A stretch of 59,360 bases of DNA, from the NCBI GenBank assembly GCA_964461335.1, contig CAYWTY010000003.1, forward strand, positions 1 to 59,360, written 5' to 3'. Of this stretch, positions 10,138-19,602 are shown piece after piece. The first letter of the stretch is position 1. The number at the start of each line of letters is the position of its first letter. The notes below the pieces were generated by a model. It made no database searches and was not told the origin of the DNA. It worked only from the letters and a program-made list of their open reading frames with translations. This DNA is from an uncultured Oscillospiraceae bacterium (GTDB taxonomy: Bacteria; Bacillota; Clostridia; Christensenellales; CAG-138). Both the position numbers and the translations under genes were made by a program.

Positions 10138-11724
10138 TTAGTGTTCAGCAAGCTCAATTGCAGCTTGCTTTGGTTTGAGCTTAGCTATGAGTTCTTCCTC
10201 TGTAAGCGGCTTTAAAACCCCAGACCCCTGCGCATACTTTATACCGCGTTCGCAAAGGAATCGCATATGCTCAGCAGATACAACATTTTGTGCAATTACT
10301 GTTGCGCCAAACCTTGAAAAGAAAGCTGGCATAAGCTTAATGAAGGAGTTAAGTCGCGTATTAAGCCCGTTTTTAAAAAGGTAGGCTTCGTTGAACTTTA
10401 TAAATGAAAAAGGTGCTGTAAGCGCATCACCCACACAGCTTCTGCTGATGTCGCCTAGGCAGGTGCATATACCGCCTTTTTCAAGCGCTATGATATTTTC
10501 ATTCATGCTAAAGTCAAGCGGGGCAGCTTGCCCGCTAAGCTCAAGCACAATGGTTGAGTTTGGCGCGCCTTCGTCTTTAAGTATTTTATGCAGCCTTGCA
10601 GAGATACGCTTTGAGCGGAGCTGGTTATGCGTAATTGCGCAAAAGAGTTTTATATCATCGTACCCCATGTCTTTAAGCTTTGCAGCAAAGGCAGAGGCGC
10701 GCCTAAAGATAAGCTCATTTATGGGGTTTATTAAATTGTTGCGCTCAGCAATGGGCTGAATTTGTTCGTACGAAAACACGCAGCCATTTGAAGACTCAAA
10801 GCTTATGCAGCAATCCGCAGCTATTATTTCAAAAGATGTTCCGCTAATTTTGCAAATCGGGTTAAAGCATAAGAGATAATTGTCGCTTTCTATTGCTTCT
10901 TTAAGCCTTTTTGTAAGCTGCTTTTCGAGCGCATATTCGGAAATTACACTTTCATCACATGGAACAAACCGTTCATTTGTTGTTTTTGCTTTTTTAAGTG
11001 CAAATTCAAGGCAGTTTAAAAGCTCTTCGCCAAGCTCCCTCCCATCAAGGGTTTCATAAAAGGCCATATCGCATTCAAGCTTTATAAGCAAGCCGTTGAC
11101 AAGCAGCTCGGAGTTTAGTTTTGAGTGCATCTCTTTAATACTCCATGAGTGCATTTGCCCAAGTGTTGCGCAAACAAACGAATTACTGCTTGTAATATAA
11201 ACATTGAGCTGCCCAAAACTCTGCTTTAAATTAAGCGCAAGCTCACGCATTATTGCTAAAGCCATTTGCTCGCCGTATTCGCCTCTAATAAGCGCATGGT
11301 TGTTTAGCTCAATTATTAAAAAGGAGCTATGCTGTGCTTTTGCGTATATGCGTTTTAAGTCGATGTTAAAGGCCTTATCTGTAAAGCAGCCAGTAAGCTT
11401 GTCGTAATTTTTGATGTTGACGTGAATAGTTAAATACAGCACGAGAATATTTAGCATAAATGCAGTGCCATAAAGCTGCACCTTAGGCGCAAACTGCTGC
11501 ACAATAATAAAGGGTAGCGCAATAAGCGGTGCTGTTAAAAGCGCGTTTCGTATAAATGTGGGCAGGCTTCGCATTTCGAGCAGTACAGCAGTTAAGTATA
11601 TGCCCATAGAGCAAAGCACTATTAAAGCGGGAATATATGCGCCGCTTTGAAAGACTACCCCCTCATTGTCGTTTATATAGTAGAGGATTGGCCTTATGCG
11701 GTTTAGCACAAGGAACAGCGCCAT
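10138..11724 (-). CDS. Membrane protein with degenerate GGDEF-like and EAL-like domains
   Basis: 528 aa with N-terminal TM helices. Has a DKLTGCFTDKAF motif (GGDEF-domain DxLTGL-like) but no GGDEF signature (TSSNSF at that position). The C-terminal EAL-fold-like region lacks an EAL motif. Its stop lies 14 nt upstream of the addB start. Confidence 0.6.
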   Translation of the reverse strand: MALFLVLNRIRPILYYINDNEGVVFQSGAYIPALIVLCSMGIYLTAVLLEMRSLPTFIRNALLTAPLIALPFIIVQQFAPKVQLYGTAFMLNILVLYLTIHVNIKNYDKLTGCFTDKAFNIDLKRIYAKAQHSSFLIIELNNHALIRGEYGEQMALAIMRELALNLKQSFGQLNVYITSSNSFVCATLGQMHSWSIKEMHSKLNSELLVNGLLIKLECDMAFYETLDGRELGEELLNCLEFALKKAKTTNERFVPCDESVISEYALEKQLTKRLKEAIESDNYLLCFNPICKISGTSFEIIAADCCISFESSNGCVFSYEQIQPIAERNNLINPINELIFRRASAFAAKLKDMGYDDIKLFCAITHNQLRSKRISARLHKILKDEGAPNSTIVLELSGQAAPLDFSMNENIIALEKGGICTCLGDISRSCVGDALTAPFSFIKFNEAYLFKNGLNTRLNSFIKLMPAFFSRFGATVIAQNVVSAEHMRFLCERGIKYAQGSGVLKPLTEEELIAKLKPKQAAIELAEH

Positions 11725-12068
11725 TAGTGGAACTTGGAGATATGCCCATACTCTGCCGACTTTGTAGTAGGGCTTTTGGTTTTTTTCATAAGCTCAAGCG
11801 CATACTCCATAAGCGTAAGCGGCAGGCACATAAGCGCAAGCATAGAGCAATCCCTCAAAAAATAAATGAGCGCTTCAGGCACTCTAAGCGGTAAAACAAG
11901 CGAAATACCCGAAGCTGTTCTTATGCAGGAGTATATTATTGAGGCTCTAATACAGCGAACAAAGAGTTTATCCCTTTGGTTTGACTTATATGAATATTTT
12001 TTATGGAACACCAAAATCGCCAAGAGCACGCATATTGATGTGATTTCCGGAACAAAACCCCAATCCAT
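11724..12068 (-). CDS. Small multi-TM protein, possibly the detached N-terminal part of the downstream GGDEF-EAL protein
   Basis: 114 aa, hydrophobic. Its stop overlaps the next ATG as TAATG (1-nt overlap at 11724). GAGGTAG RBS upstream. Confidence 0.5.
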   Translation of the reverse strand: MDWGFVPEITSICVLLAILVFHKKYSYKSNQRDKLFVRCIRASIIYSCIRTASGISLVLPLRVPEALIYFLRDCSMLALMCLPLTLMEYALELMKKTKSPTTKSAEYGHISKFH

Positions 12069-12220
12069 GGCGCTACCTCAAGCATTTATAACTTCTTAAC
12101 TATAAGCCTCGATAAGCATAATATATATTAGTATAACAGGAATTTAGCTTAAAGTAACGCAGTTTAAGAGGCTGAACCTAAAAGCGTTGATGAATTAAGC
12201 CATACTGCCTGCACTCAGGG

Positions 12221-12249
12221 TTGACCTGTGGTTGTTGTAAGAGTAGAAT
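12221..12249 (+). promoter_or_regulatory. Sigma-A-type promoter for the ECF S-component-like gene
   Basis: TTGACC, 17-nt spacer, TAGAAT. This leaves a leader of only about 25 nt before the RBS GGAAGGAGG. Confidence 0.45.
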
Positions 12250-12277
12250 TAAAAGGCGGACAGCGGGAAGGAGGCAT

Positions 12278-12793
12278 ATGATGAAAATCGACTTTAACAA
12301 CCCGCTCCACAAGCTTGTACTTGCAGGTTTGCTTGCAGCCTGCACCCTGCTATTAACAATTGTTGTTGCAATCCCCATACCGCAAATGAGCGGCGCGTAT
12401 ATAAACCTTGGGGATGTCGGCGTGTATCTGTGCGCGTTTTTATTGGGCTCCCCATGGGGTGCGCTTGCAGCTGCAGCAGGCAGCTGCCTTGCGGATATTC
12501 TCCTTGGGAGCGCGCTCTACGCGCTGCCCACATTTATAATTAAAGGGCTTATGGCGCTTTTAGCTGCGTACTTGTTTAAACGGATGCAAAAAAGGCTGTT
12601 TCTTGTGTTGCTTTTTGCAGGGCTAATTATGCCGCTTGGGTATTTCTTGTTTGAAGCTGCGCTCTATGGAGCTGCCGCTGCTTTAGTTGGGGTTCCCCTA
12701 AACCTTGTGCAATATGCTGCAGGGGTTGCATTGGGCGGCCCTGTCTTAAAGCTTGCAAAGGTTCTTAAACAGCCTGAAGAGCCTATGAACTAA
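12278..12793 (+). CDS. ECF-transporter S-component-like integral membrane protein, substrate unknown
   Basis: About 171 aa from MMKIDF, 5-6 TM helices. The INLGDVGVYLCAFLLGSPWGA...CLADILLG pattern resembles vitamin S components. The track ORF start at 12221 is the -35 hexamer. Confidence 0.55.
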   Translation: MMKIDFNNPLHKLVLAGLLAACTLLLTIVVAIPIPQMSGAYINLGDVGVYLCAFLLGSPWGALAAAAGSCLADILLGSALYALPTFIIKGLMALLAAYLFKRMQKRLFLVLLFAGLIMPLGYFLFEAALYGAAAALVGVPLNLVQYAAGVALGGPVLKLAKVLKQPEEPMN

Positions 12794-12798
12794 GAAAA

Positions 12799-13359
12799 TT
12801 ATTCAAAGCTTGAAATTCCGTTATAAAGTACCCTAAGCAGAAGCTTGGATATTTCTTCGGGCTGCTCTACCATGCCATCCTGAAGCCATTTCTGAAGTAT
12901 GCTTATTGACCCTGTTGTGCCGTAAATAGTTAAGTATTCCTGTGTGCGTTCACTATGGCTCGGGTTAAGGTTAAATGTAACAATCCGCGAGAGCTTAAGC
13001 ACATCTTTTTGTACATCAAAATCGCAGTTTTCGCTTAGGAGCACTTTAAAAACAGGTGCATTCGCTTTTGCGTATTCAAGAATTCGAACCATGACTTGTG
13101 AGGAAATACCGCGCTTATCATCATGCGGCTGTTTTTCGAGGTGCTTTTTTAGGTTTGTCATAACCTCCCCTGCAATACTCTCAAGCAACCCATGCGGGTC
13201 TCTATAATGCGAATAGAAGGTGCTTCTGTTAATACCTGCAAGTTCGCACAGAGCGCGCACAGAGATTTCAGAAATATGCTTTTCTTGCATTAGCTTTATA
13301 AGCGCATCTTTAAGGAGCCTACGCGTCAGGCGCACACGCTGATTAGTATCCGTTTCCAT
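12799..13359 (-). CDS. TetR/AcrR family transcriptional regulator
   Basis: 186 aa. N-terminal HTH region (ISVRALCELAGINRSTFYSHYRD). Divergent from the MMPL gene. Confidence 0.85.
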   Translation of the reverse strand: METDTNQRVRLTRRLLKDALIKLMQEKHISEISVRALCELAGINRSTFYSHYRDPHGLLESIAGEVMTNLKKHLEKQPHDDKRGISSQVMVRILEYAKANAPVFKVLLSENCDFDVQKDVLKLSRIVTFNLNPSHSERTQEYLTIYGTTGSISILQKWLQDGMVEQPEEISKLLLRVLYNGISSFE

Positions 13360-13451
13360 AATTTTAATGACCGCCTAAATATATTTTGTGCTAATCCAAC
13401 ACTTGCTGGGCTAAATGTCTCCCCTCAAGCCAAGTTAAGGAGTTTTGTCTG

Positions 13452-13480
13452 TTGAAAACCAACGCTATGTCTATTATAAT
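13452..13480 (+). promoter_or_regulatory. Sigma-A-type promoter for the MMPL/YhgE operon
   Basis: TTGAAA, 17-nt spacer, TATAAT. Flanked by a CCAAC...GTTGG inverted motif that could be the TetR operator. Confidence 0.5.
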
Positions 13481-13518
13481 ACCAGTTGGACTGTAGTTCA
13501 ATGCTGTGGTGGTAAATT

Positions 13519-15591
13519 ATGACTGGAATTGCTAATTTCATTATACATCATAAAAAAGCGGTTATTACGCTCTTTATGCTAGTAACGTTTATAAGCGCTG
13601 CGCTTTTGCCGTTTGTAAATGTTAACTATAATATGGAGGACTATCTGCCGCCTGACGCGCAGTCAACCCTTTCGCTTGAAATTATGAGCGAAGAATTCTC
13701 CATGAGCATACCCAATGCACGCGTTATGCTTAAAGGCATTACTATTTCACAAGCCTTAAGCGCAAAGACTGCGCTTTTAAAAGAGCCCGGAGTTTTAGAG
13801 GTGCTTTGGCTTGATGATGTGCTAGACCTAAAAAAGCCGCTTGAAATGTACGACTCAAAAACAGTTGAGGAATTTTATAAAAACGGAAATGCACTTTTTA
13901 CGCTTTCTATTGAAAAGGGCATGGAAAAAGAGGCTACAAAGGCAATTCAGGCGCTTATAGGCGATGGTGCGCTTGCAGGCCAGGCACCTGACCTTGCAAC
14001 AACCCAGCACGCTGCAATTGCAGAAGTGCTAAACGCCCTTTATATTCTCTTGCCTGCAATAAGCATAATACTGCTGCTTTCTACAACTTCCTGGGTTGAG
14101 CCGCTCTTGTTTTTTGCTGCAATAGGCATTTCTATACTTATAAACATGGGCACGAACCTTTTCTTAGGTCAAGTTTCATTTATAACATTTTCAGTAAGCC
14201 CTATTTTGCAGCTTGCCTGTTCGCTTGACTATGCGATTTTCCTGCTGCACAGCTTTGCGGATAATCGAAAAAAATATTCGGGCCTTGACGAGGCTATGCT
14301 TCACTCAATAAAAGAGTCCATTTCTACTATTGCTGCAAGCGCTGCTACAACCCTGTTTGGCTTTATTGCACTCGTCTTTATGAACTTCCAAATAGGGGCG
14401 GATTTGGGGCTTAACCTTGCAAAAGGCATTTTGCTGAGCTTTGTCAGCGTTGTGGTGTTTCTCCCTGCACTTACGCTTAGCACATATAAGCTTATTGATA
14501 AAACAAGGCACAGACCCCTTATGCCCGGGTTTTTGAATGCGCATAAGGTAATTTCAAAGCTTTCTTTTTTGGCTGTGCTTCTTGTTGGGGTTTTACTTGT
14601 GCCAAGCTTTTTGGGGCAAGCTAATGTTGCCTTTACATACGGAAACAGCGACATTTCGCCAAACAGCCGCACAAGCCTTGATAATGCGGCAATATTGGAT
14701 GAGTTTGGCCAATCGACTATTCTTGCGCTTCTTGTGCCAAAAGGGGATACAGCACGGGAAAAGGCGCTTTCAGATGAGCTTAAAGCACTTGAGCATGTAA
14801 CAGGCGTTGTATCGTACACTCAAAGCGTTGGTGAGGCAATCCCCCCCGGATATTTGGATAAAAGCATTACAGAGCAGTTTTATTCAAAAAACTACGCTCG
14901 CCTTATTGTATATACAGATACTCCCTCTGAAGGAGAAGTCGCGTTTAAAACAGTTACTGCAATACAGCAGGCTGCAAGCGCCCATTATGGTGAGCATGCC
15001 CGTTCTGCAGGGCATAGCGTAAGCCTATATGATATGAAGAACCTTGTAGAAAAGGATAATATTTTAGTTACGCTTATTGCTGTAATATCCATATTCCTTG
15101 TGTTAGTTTTAACGTTTAAGTCCGCAATGCTTCCGCTTTTGCTGCTGCTTACAATTGAGGCAGGTATATGGATAAATTTAAGCATTCCCTACTTTACTGG
15201 GAACAAAATAAACTTTATAGGCTACTTGGTTATAAGCACAGTTCAGCTTGGCGCAACTGTTGACTATGCAATTTTGCTTACAACCAACTATACAAGGAAC
15301 AGAAAGCTGTATTCAAAAAAAGAGGCGATTTACAGGTCAGTCGGCGAAAGCTTCAAGTCAATATTAGTTTCCGCTTCTACGCTCTCTGTTGCAGGCTTTA
15401 CGCTTTATATGACATCGTCAAACCCCGTAATTTCAGGCCTTGGGCTTTTGCTTGGGCGAGGCACTGTGCTTTCAATGCTGCTTGTTGCAGTGTTTTTGCC
15501 TGCAATGCTTGCCTTGTTTGATAAAGCAATTGAAATTACAACTTACAAAGCTGAATTTTCAAAAAGTCCAAAGCGCCTTAAGGCTATATAG
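13519..15591 (+). CDS. MMPL/RND-superfamily membrane transporter
   Basis: 690 aa. Two homologous halves, each a large extracytoplasmic loop followed by a cluster of TM helices. Typical MMPL architecture. Confidence 0.8.
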   Translation: MTGIANFIIHHKKAVITLFMLVTFISAALLPFVNVNYNMEDYLPPDAQSTLSLEIMSEEFSMSIPNARVMLKGITISQALSAKTALLKEPGVLEVLWLDDVLDLKKPLEMYDSKTVEEFYKNGNALFTLSIEKGMEKEATKAIQALIGDGALAGQAPDLATTQHAAIAEVLNALYILLPAISIILLLSTTSWVEPLLFFAAIGISILINMGTNLFLGQVSFITFSVSPILQLACSLDYAIFLLHSFADNRKKYSGLDEAMLHSIKESISTIAASAATTLFGFIALVFMNFQIGADLGLNLAKGILLSFVSVVVFLPALTLSTYKLIDKTRHRPLMPGFLNAHKVISKLSFLAVLLVGVLLVPSFLGQANVAFTYGNSDISPNSRTSLDNAAILDEFGQSTILALLVPKGDTAREKALSDELKALEHVTGVVSYTQSVGEAIPPGYLDKSITEQFYSKNYARLIVYTDTPSEGEVAFKTVTAIQQAASAHYGEHARSAGHSVSLYDMKNLVEKDNILVTLIAVISIFLVLVLTFKSAMLPLLLLLTIEAGIWINLSIPYFTGNKINFIGYLVISTVQLGATVDYAILLTTNYTRNRKLYSKKEAIYRSVGESFKSILVSASTLSVAGFTLYMTSSNPVISGLGLLLGRGTVLSMLLVAVFLPAMLALFDKAIEITTYKAEFSKSPKRLKAI

Positions 15592-15601
15592 GAGGAACAA
15601 T

Positions 15602-17449
15602 ATGAAGCCAGTTCTAATGAAACTTGTGAGTGCAGCGCTTATTGCTGTAATTGCGCTTAGTGCGCCTGCAAACGCGCTTTATGCGGAGCTTGCGCCTGTG
15701 CAAAGCGAAGCTGCAGCTAGAGTAGGCGAAAAGGACGAAACAATATACGCAAAATTAAGCTCAAACGGCAGTGTGTATGCTGCATATGTAGTAAACAGGC
15801 TATCTGTAGAAGCCGGAGGTAAAGTTACGGATTATGGCGTATACAGCACCTTAATAAACCTTACGGATACAGGCGAGCTTAAAAAAAGCGGCAATGCAGT
15901 AACATTTAGTGCAAACCAGGGGAACTTCTACTATCAGGGCAATATGGAGAATGCTGCGCTTCCGTGGAAGTTTAAAATACTATACTTTTTAAATGGGGAG
16001 GAGCTTGCACCTGACGCGCTTGCAGGCAAAAGCGGGGAGCTTGAAATAAAGCTTTCAGTTTCAAAAAACGAAGGCGCTGACCCTGTTTTTTATGAAAACT
16101 ACATGCTCCAAATGACGCTGATGCTTGAGCATGAAAAATGCAGCAACATAATAGCGCCTGATGCTGTGCTTGCAAGCGCAGGCAAAAGCGCTGCAATAGC
16201 ATATACTGTGCTGCCTAAAAAGGATGCTGAGTTTTCTCTTAAGGCTTCAGTTAAAGACTTTGAGTTTGACGGTGTAGATATAACTGCAATGCCGTTTTCA
16301 ATGAACTTTGAGCTTCCGGATACAGGCGATATGGTAAGCGACTTTAGGGAGCTTAGTGATGCAATAGCTGAGCTTAATGAGGGTGTGGGCGACCTTAAAA
16401 GCGGGGTTTCAACCTTAAAATCGGGCGCTGGCGAACTCGAGAGCGGCTCTCTTGACATTGCCTCTGGTTTAAGGGAGCTTGGCATAAACTCATGGACGCT
16501 CTTAGACAGCTCAGCAAAAATTGAAAATGCGCTTTGGCAGGTTTCGTCCTCATTAAAAAGCGGGCTTGCGGATATGCCGGATTTAAGCGGGCTTAGCGCA
16601 CTCCCTGAAGGGCTTATAAAACTTGCGGGCGGGTTAAATGAAATTGCAGATGGGCTTGATGCGCTTAATAGCGGTTATAGTCTGGCGTATGATGCGCTTG
16701 GTAGCGCAATTAACGATATACCGGGGCCTTCAGTTTCGGAGAGCGATATTGGGGCGCTCTTAAGTTTAGTTCAACAGGGAGATGCTTCTCTTTTACCCGC
16801 TCTCGGCACCCTTGCATCAACATACGAAAAAGCCCAAATTGCAAAAGGCACATACGCTCATGTTAAAGAAGCGTTTGATGCAGTTGAGCCTACACTTACG
16901 CAAATGAGCGGAGGCATAAGACAGGCAGCCGACAACTTGAGCACAATAGCAGGCGAAATTTCGGGTTCGCTTTCAAAGCTAAGCATGCTCTCTAAACTTG
17001 AGGTGCTTTCCGCAGGGCTTTTAGAGCTATCCGCAAATTACGGCAAGTTCCACGATGGATTAGGTAAATATTTTTCAGGCGTTGGCGAGCTTTCACAAGG
17101 CTATGGGGAGTTTCACTCAGGTATACACGAGTTTGCAGGCGGGGTCGGCAAGCTCTATAAGGGTGTGCGTGAGCTTCGCAATGGGACAAATGAGCTTGAA
17201 GACGAAACAAGCGATATGCCCGAAAAGGTGCAAACTGAAATTGACGACAAATTAAAAGAGTATACAGGCTCAGATTTTGAGCGCCTCTCCTTTACATCAA
17301 AGCAGAATACGAATATAGGCGTAGTTCAGTTCGTTATAAAAAGCGACGCAATAAAAAAGCCGGAAGAAGTTAAGGAAGTTCAGGATGCGCCCGGCCAGCA
17401 AACCCTCTTTGAGCGTGTAGGCGCGCTGTTTTCTCAAAGCGGCGTATAG
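15602..17449 (+). CDS. Secreted YhgE/Pip-like protein with xxxLxxG heptad repeats and no C-terminal permease domain
   Basis: 615 aa from MKPVLMKLVSAALIAVIALSAPANA (signal peptide, RBS AGGAGG). Long run of L-x-x-G heptads (LKSGVSTLKSGAGELESG...). The track ORF start at 15440 is an out-of-frame read of the MMPL 3' end. Confidence 0.65.
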   Translation: MKPVLMKLVSAALIAVIALSAPANALYAELAPVQSEAAARVGEKDETIYAKLSSNGSVYAAYVVNRLSVEAGGKVTDYGVYSTLINLTDTGELKKSGNAVTFSANQGNFYYQGNMENAALPWKFKILYFLNGEELAPDALAGKSGELEIKLSVSKNEGADPVFYENYMLQMTLMLEHEKCSNIIAPDAVLASAGKSAAIAYTVLPKKDAEFSLKASVKDFEFDGVDITAMPFSMNFELPDTGDMVSDFRELSDAIAELNEGVGDLKSGVSTLKSGAGELESGSLDIASGLRELGINSWTLLDSSAKIENALWQVSSSLKSGLADMPDLSGLSALPEGLIKLAGGLNEIADGLDALNSGYSLAYDALGSAINDIPGPSVSESDIGALLSLVQQGDASLLPALGTLASTYEKAQIAKGTYAHVKEAFDAVEPTLTQMSGGIRQAADNLSTIAGEISGSLSKLSMLSKLEVLSAGLLELSANYGKFHDGLGKYFSGVGELSQGYGEFHSGIHEFAGGVGKLYKGVRELRNGTNELEDETSDMPEKVQTEIDDKLKEYTGSDFERLSFTSKQNTNIGVVQFVIKSDAIKKPEEVKEVQDAPGQQTLFERVGALFSQSGV

Positions 17450-17586
17450 CGTTTGTGATTATGTTACAGAGAAACCCAAGCATATATGATATTGTAGGTT
17501 TATAAACAGCCCTAGGGCATATTTAAAGGCTTTTAAGGAATCATACGATTGCTTGAACACAAAATCATAGTGGAGGTAAAAAACTA

Positions 17587-18264
17587 ATGGAAGAAATCAA
17601 GGTTAACAGAATGCCGCTTATCGGCGATATGGCGCCGAGCTTTAAAGCAGTAACAACACAGGGCGAAATCAACTTCCCGGAGGATTATAAGGGTAAGTGG
17701 GTTATTCTCTTTTCACACCCTGCTGACTTTACACCTGTGTGCACAACTGAGTTTATGACATTTGCAACAATGGCAGATGAGTTTAGGGCGCTTAACACAG
17801 AGCTTGTCGGGCTTTCGGTAGACTCCCTATATGCGCATATCGCATGGCTTAGGAAGATTAAAGAGCTTGAGTGGAACGGCATGAAGGATGTTGAAGTCAT
17901 GTTCCCGTTAATTGAAGATATCCGCATGGATGTTGCAAACAAATACGGCATGATTCAGCCGGAGCAGTCGAATACCCAGGCTGTAAGGGCAGTATTCATT
18001 GTTGACCCGCAGGGGAAAGTCCGCACAATCCTTTACTACCCGCTTTCAATGGGCAGAAACTTCGATGAAATCAAGCGCATTATTCTCGCGCTTCAAAAGG
18101 CGGATAAGGACGGAGTAGCAACACCAGCAGATTGGCGGCCGGGGGATGACGTAATAGTGCCTACTGCAGGCTCATGCGGAGTTGCAAAGGAGCGTATGGA
18201 AAGCCAGGATAATAACACATACTGCCTTGATTGGTTCATGTGCTTTAAAAAAGAAAGCAAATAG
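17587..18264 (+). CDS. Peroxiredoxin (Prx6/archaeal-type, PADFTPVCTTE active site)
   Basis: 225 aa. Peroxidatic Cys motif FTPVCTTE and a C-terminal Cys pair CLDWFMC. Confidence 0.9.
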   Translation: MEEIKVNRMPLIGDMAPSFKAVTTQGEINFPEDYKGKWVILFSHPADFTPVCTTEFMTFATMADEFRALNTELVGLSVDSLYAHIAWLRKIKELEWNGMKDVEVMFPLIEDIRMDVANKYGMIQPEQSNTQAVRAVFIVDPQGKVRTILYYPLSMGRNFDEIKRIILALQKADKDGVATPADWRPGDDVIVPTAGSCGVAKERMESQDNNTYCLDWFMCFKKESK

Positions 18265-18296
18265 CAGCTTCTTAACCTTAATACCTTGAAAATAAT

Positions 18297-18335
18297 GGGG
18301 CTGTAGCATAAACAAGCTACAGCTCCTTGTTTTTT
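18297..18335 (+). terminator. Rho-independent terminator after the peroxiredoxin gene
   Basis: GGGGCTGTAGC, 8-nt loop, GCTACAGCTCC, followed by TTGTTTTTT. Confidence 0.7.
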
Positions 18336-18846
18336 AAGCACCTACACCCATAGTCGCTAACAAACTTACAAAGGCAGCAGCAATAAGCGAAACCGCTGTG
18401 CCAATTGCAAGACCTTTTGCAGCGCCTACAACATGATGCCACGGGTTTCTATATTCTTTATCCATGTTTTCAGTACCGGGTATCCGAACACGCTTTGAAT
18501 GGCAAAACCAAAATAAATCAAGCACAAACAAGTCATAAAGGTTTAAGAAAGCAAACATCGTGAACACATATAAAAACGCTGAAATAAAATCGTGATAACC
18601 GGCAAAATACGCAAGTGCGCCGAAAATCGGGCAGATTAGAGTAGCCACAGCAGCTTTCTTTACAACATTCCCTTTGACCCGATTTTTATATACGCAGTTA
18701 GCATACTGCGGCAGGCTTTTCACGCGCTCTCGAATTTCAGGAGGGTAGGAGGCAATTTGCGAAAAAGGGTCTTTTATTTGTGCGGGTATTATAAGTAGAG
18801 TGAAGATGATGCAAAGTACTACGCATTCAACTATCCACATCAGCAT
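18334..18846 (-). CDS. Hypothetical integral membrane protein
   Basis: About 170 aa from MLMWIVECVV (RBS AAGGGTGGA, 8-nt spacing). 4-5 predicted TM helices and no recognisable motif. The track ORF extends to 18888. Confidence 0.55.
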   Translation of the reverse strand: MLMWIVECVVLCIIFTLLIIPAQIKDPFSQIASYPPEIRERVKSLPQYANCVYKNRVKGNVVKKAAVATLICPIFGALAYFAGYHDFISAFLYVFTMFAFLNLYDLFVLDLFWFCHSKRVRIPGTENMDKEYRNPWHHVVGAAKGLAIGTAVSLIAAAFVSLLATMGVGA

Positions 18847-19152
18847 ATTTTTGTTCCACCCTTTTAGATTATATGTAGTACACCACATCGCAAATTTCCT
18901 ACAATGGGTTTGCTACCCATGTGTACTAAACATCTTGATAAATAAGGGTTTTCGGCATACTTATTCATTTACCCTTGTTATCAATACTACGCACTCAACG
19001 TGTAATAGTAAGGCCATTTAGGAAACATGTCCAAAAACAGCGAAAACGCCTTATTTAATAGGCCTTTTCAAGCACCGCCTAAAAACCTATTTCAAATTTG
19101 TGATTTCTCCTATGTAGGTTTTTTCACTTCTTCAAGCAAAACGATATTCCGA

Positions 19153-19554
19153 TTAATACCCATGGTCAACATGTTGCCATTTACCGCCATTTGTTCTTAC
19201 CAAAATCCAATTCCAATTGTCGTATGTGCTATTAGGGTTTAAGGAACCGTCTCCGCCTCTCGAGTCAACATCAAAAGTAGATAGTAAAACTATGACTTCA
19301 TCTGCATCACTTCTATCTGCCCAATCTTGATAAGCCTTGGAAGTTTCGTCACCAGCATAATAGATTTCTTTTAGCGTACAGCCCTTCCAATCTTTATCAA
19401 ACTCTTTTTTAATAGTTTCAATAGCGGATTTAATATCATCAGATGTATATATCTTAGATTTTACATCTACCACATTGACATTCTTAATATTACCTCCACA
19501 AGAAGTTAAGGTAAATATAGTTATTGCACATACAAAAAAAGCTATTTTCTTCAT
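19153..19554 (-). CDS. Small lipoprotein, unknown function
   Basis: 133 aa. Signal peptide plus lipobox (IFTLTSCGG), RBS GAGGAAAG. The gene is visibly AT-rich compared with its neighbours. Confidence 0.7.
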   Translation of the reverse strand: MKKIAFFVCAITIFTLTSCGGNIKNVNVVDVKSKIYTSDDIKSAIETIKKEFDKDWKGCTLKEIYYAGDETSKAYQDWADRSDADEVIVLLSTFDVDSRGGDGSLNPNSTYDNWNWILVRTNGGKWQHVDHGY

Positions 19555-19602
19555 TTTACTTTCCTCAATATTAATTATTGTTTTTTCTTTGCTCTATATT
19601 TA

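Noticed and set aside
12069-12277. Possible vitamin/preQ1/TPP riboswitch upstream of the ECF S-component-like gene.
   Set aside because: A good TTGACC-17-TAGAAT promoter at 12221-12249 leaves only about 25 nt of leader, and I could not find the conserved cores of TPP, FMN or preQ1 aptamers.
15440-15601. Cys-rich N-terminal extension of the YhgE-like ORF. The same kind of upstream extension appears at 31679-31774, 36084-36182, 46570-46656, 50081-50227 and 55678-55749.
   Set aside because: These extensions overlap the 3' end of the preceding gene in another frame. Internal starts with good RBSs give canonical N-termini.
18864-18968. 34-aa minus-strand ORF (MNKYAENPYLSRCLVHMGSKPIVGNLRCGVLHII) in the 264-bp gap upstream of the 18334-18846 gene.
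   Set aside because: Only a weak AAGGG 3 nt from the ATG, no distinctive features, and it cannot be supported without conservation data.
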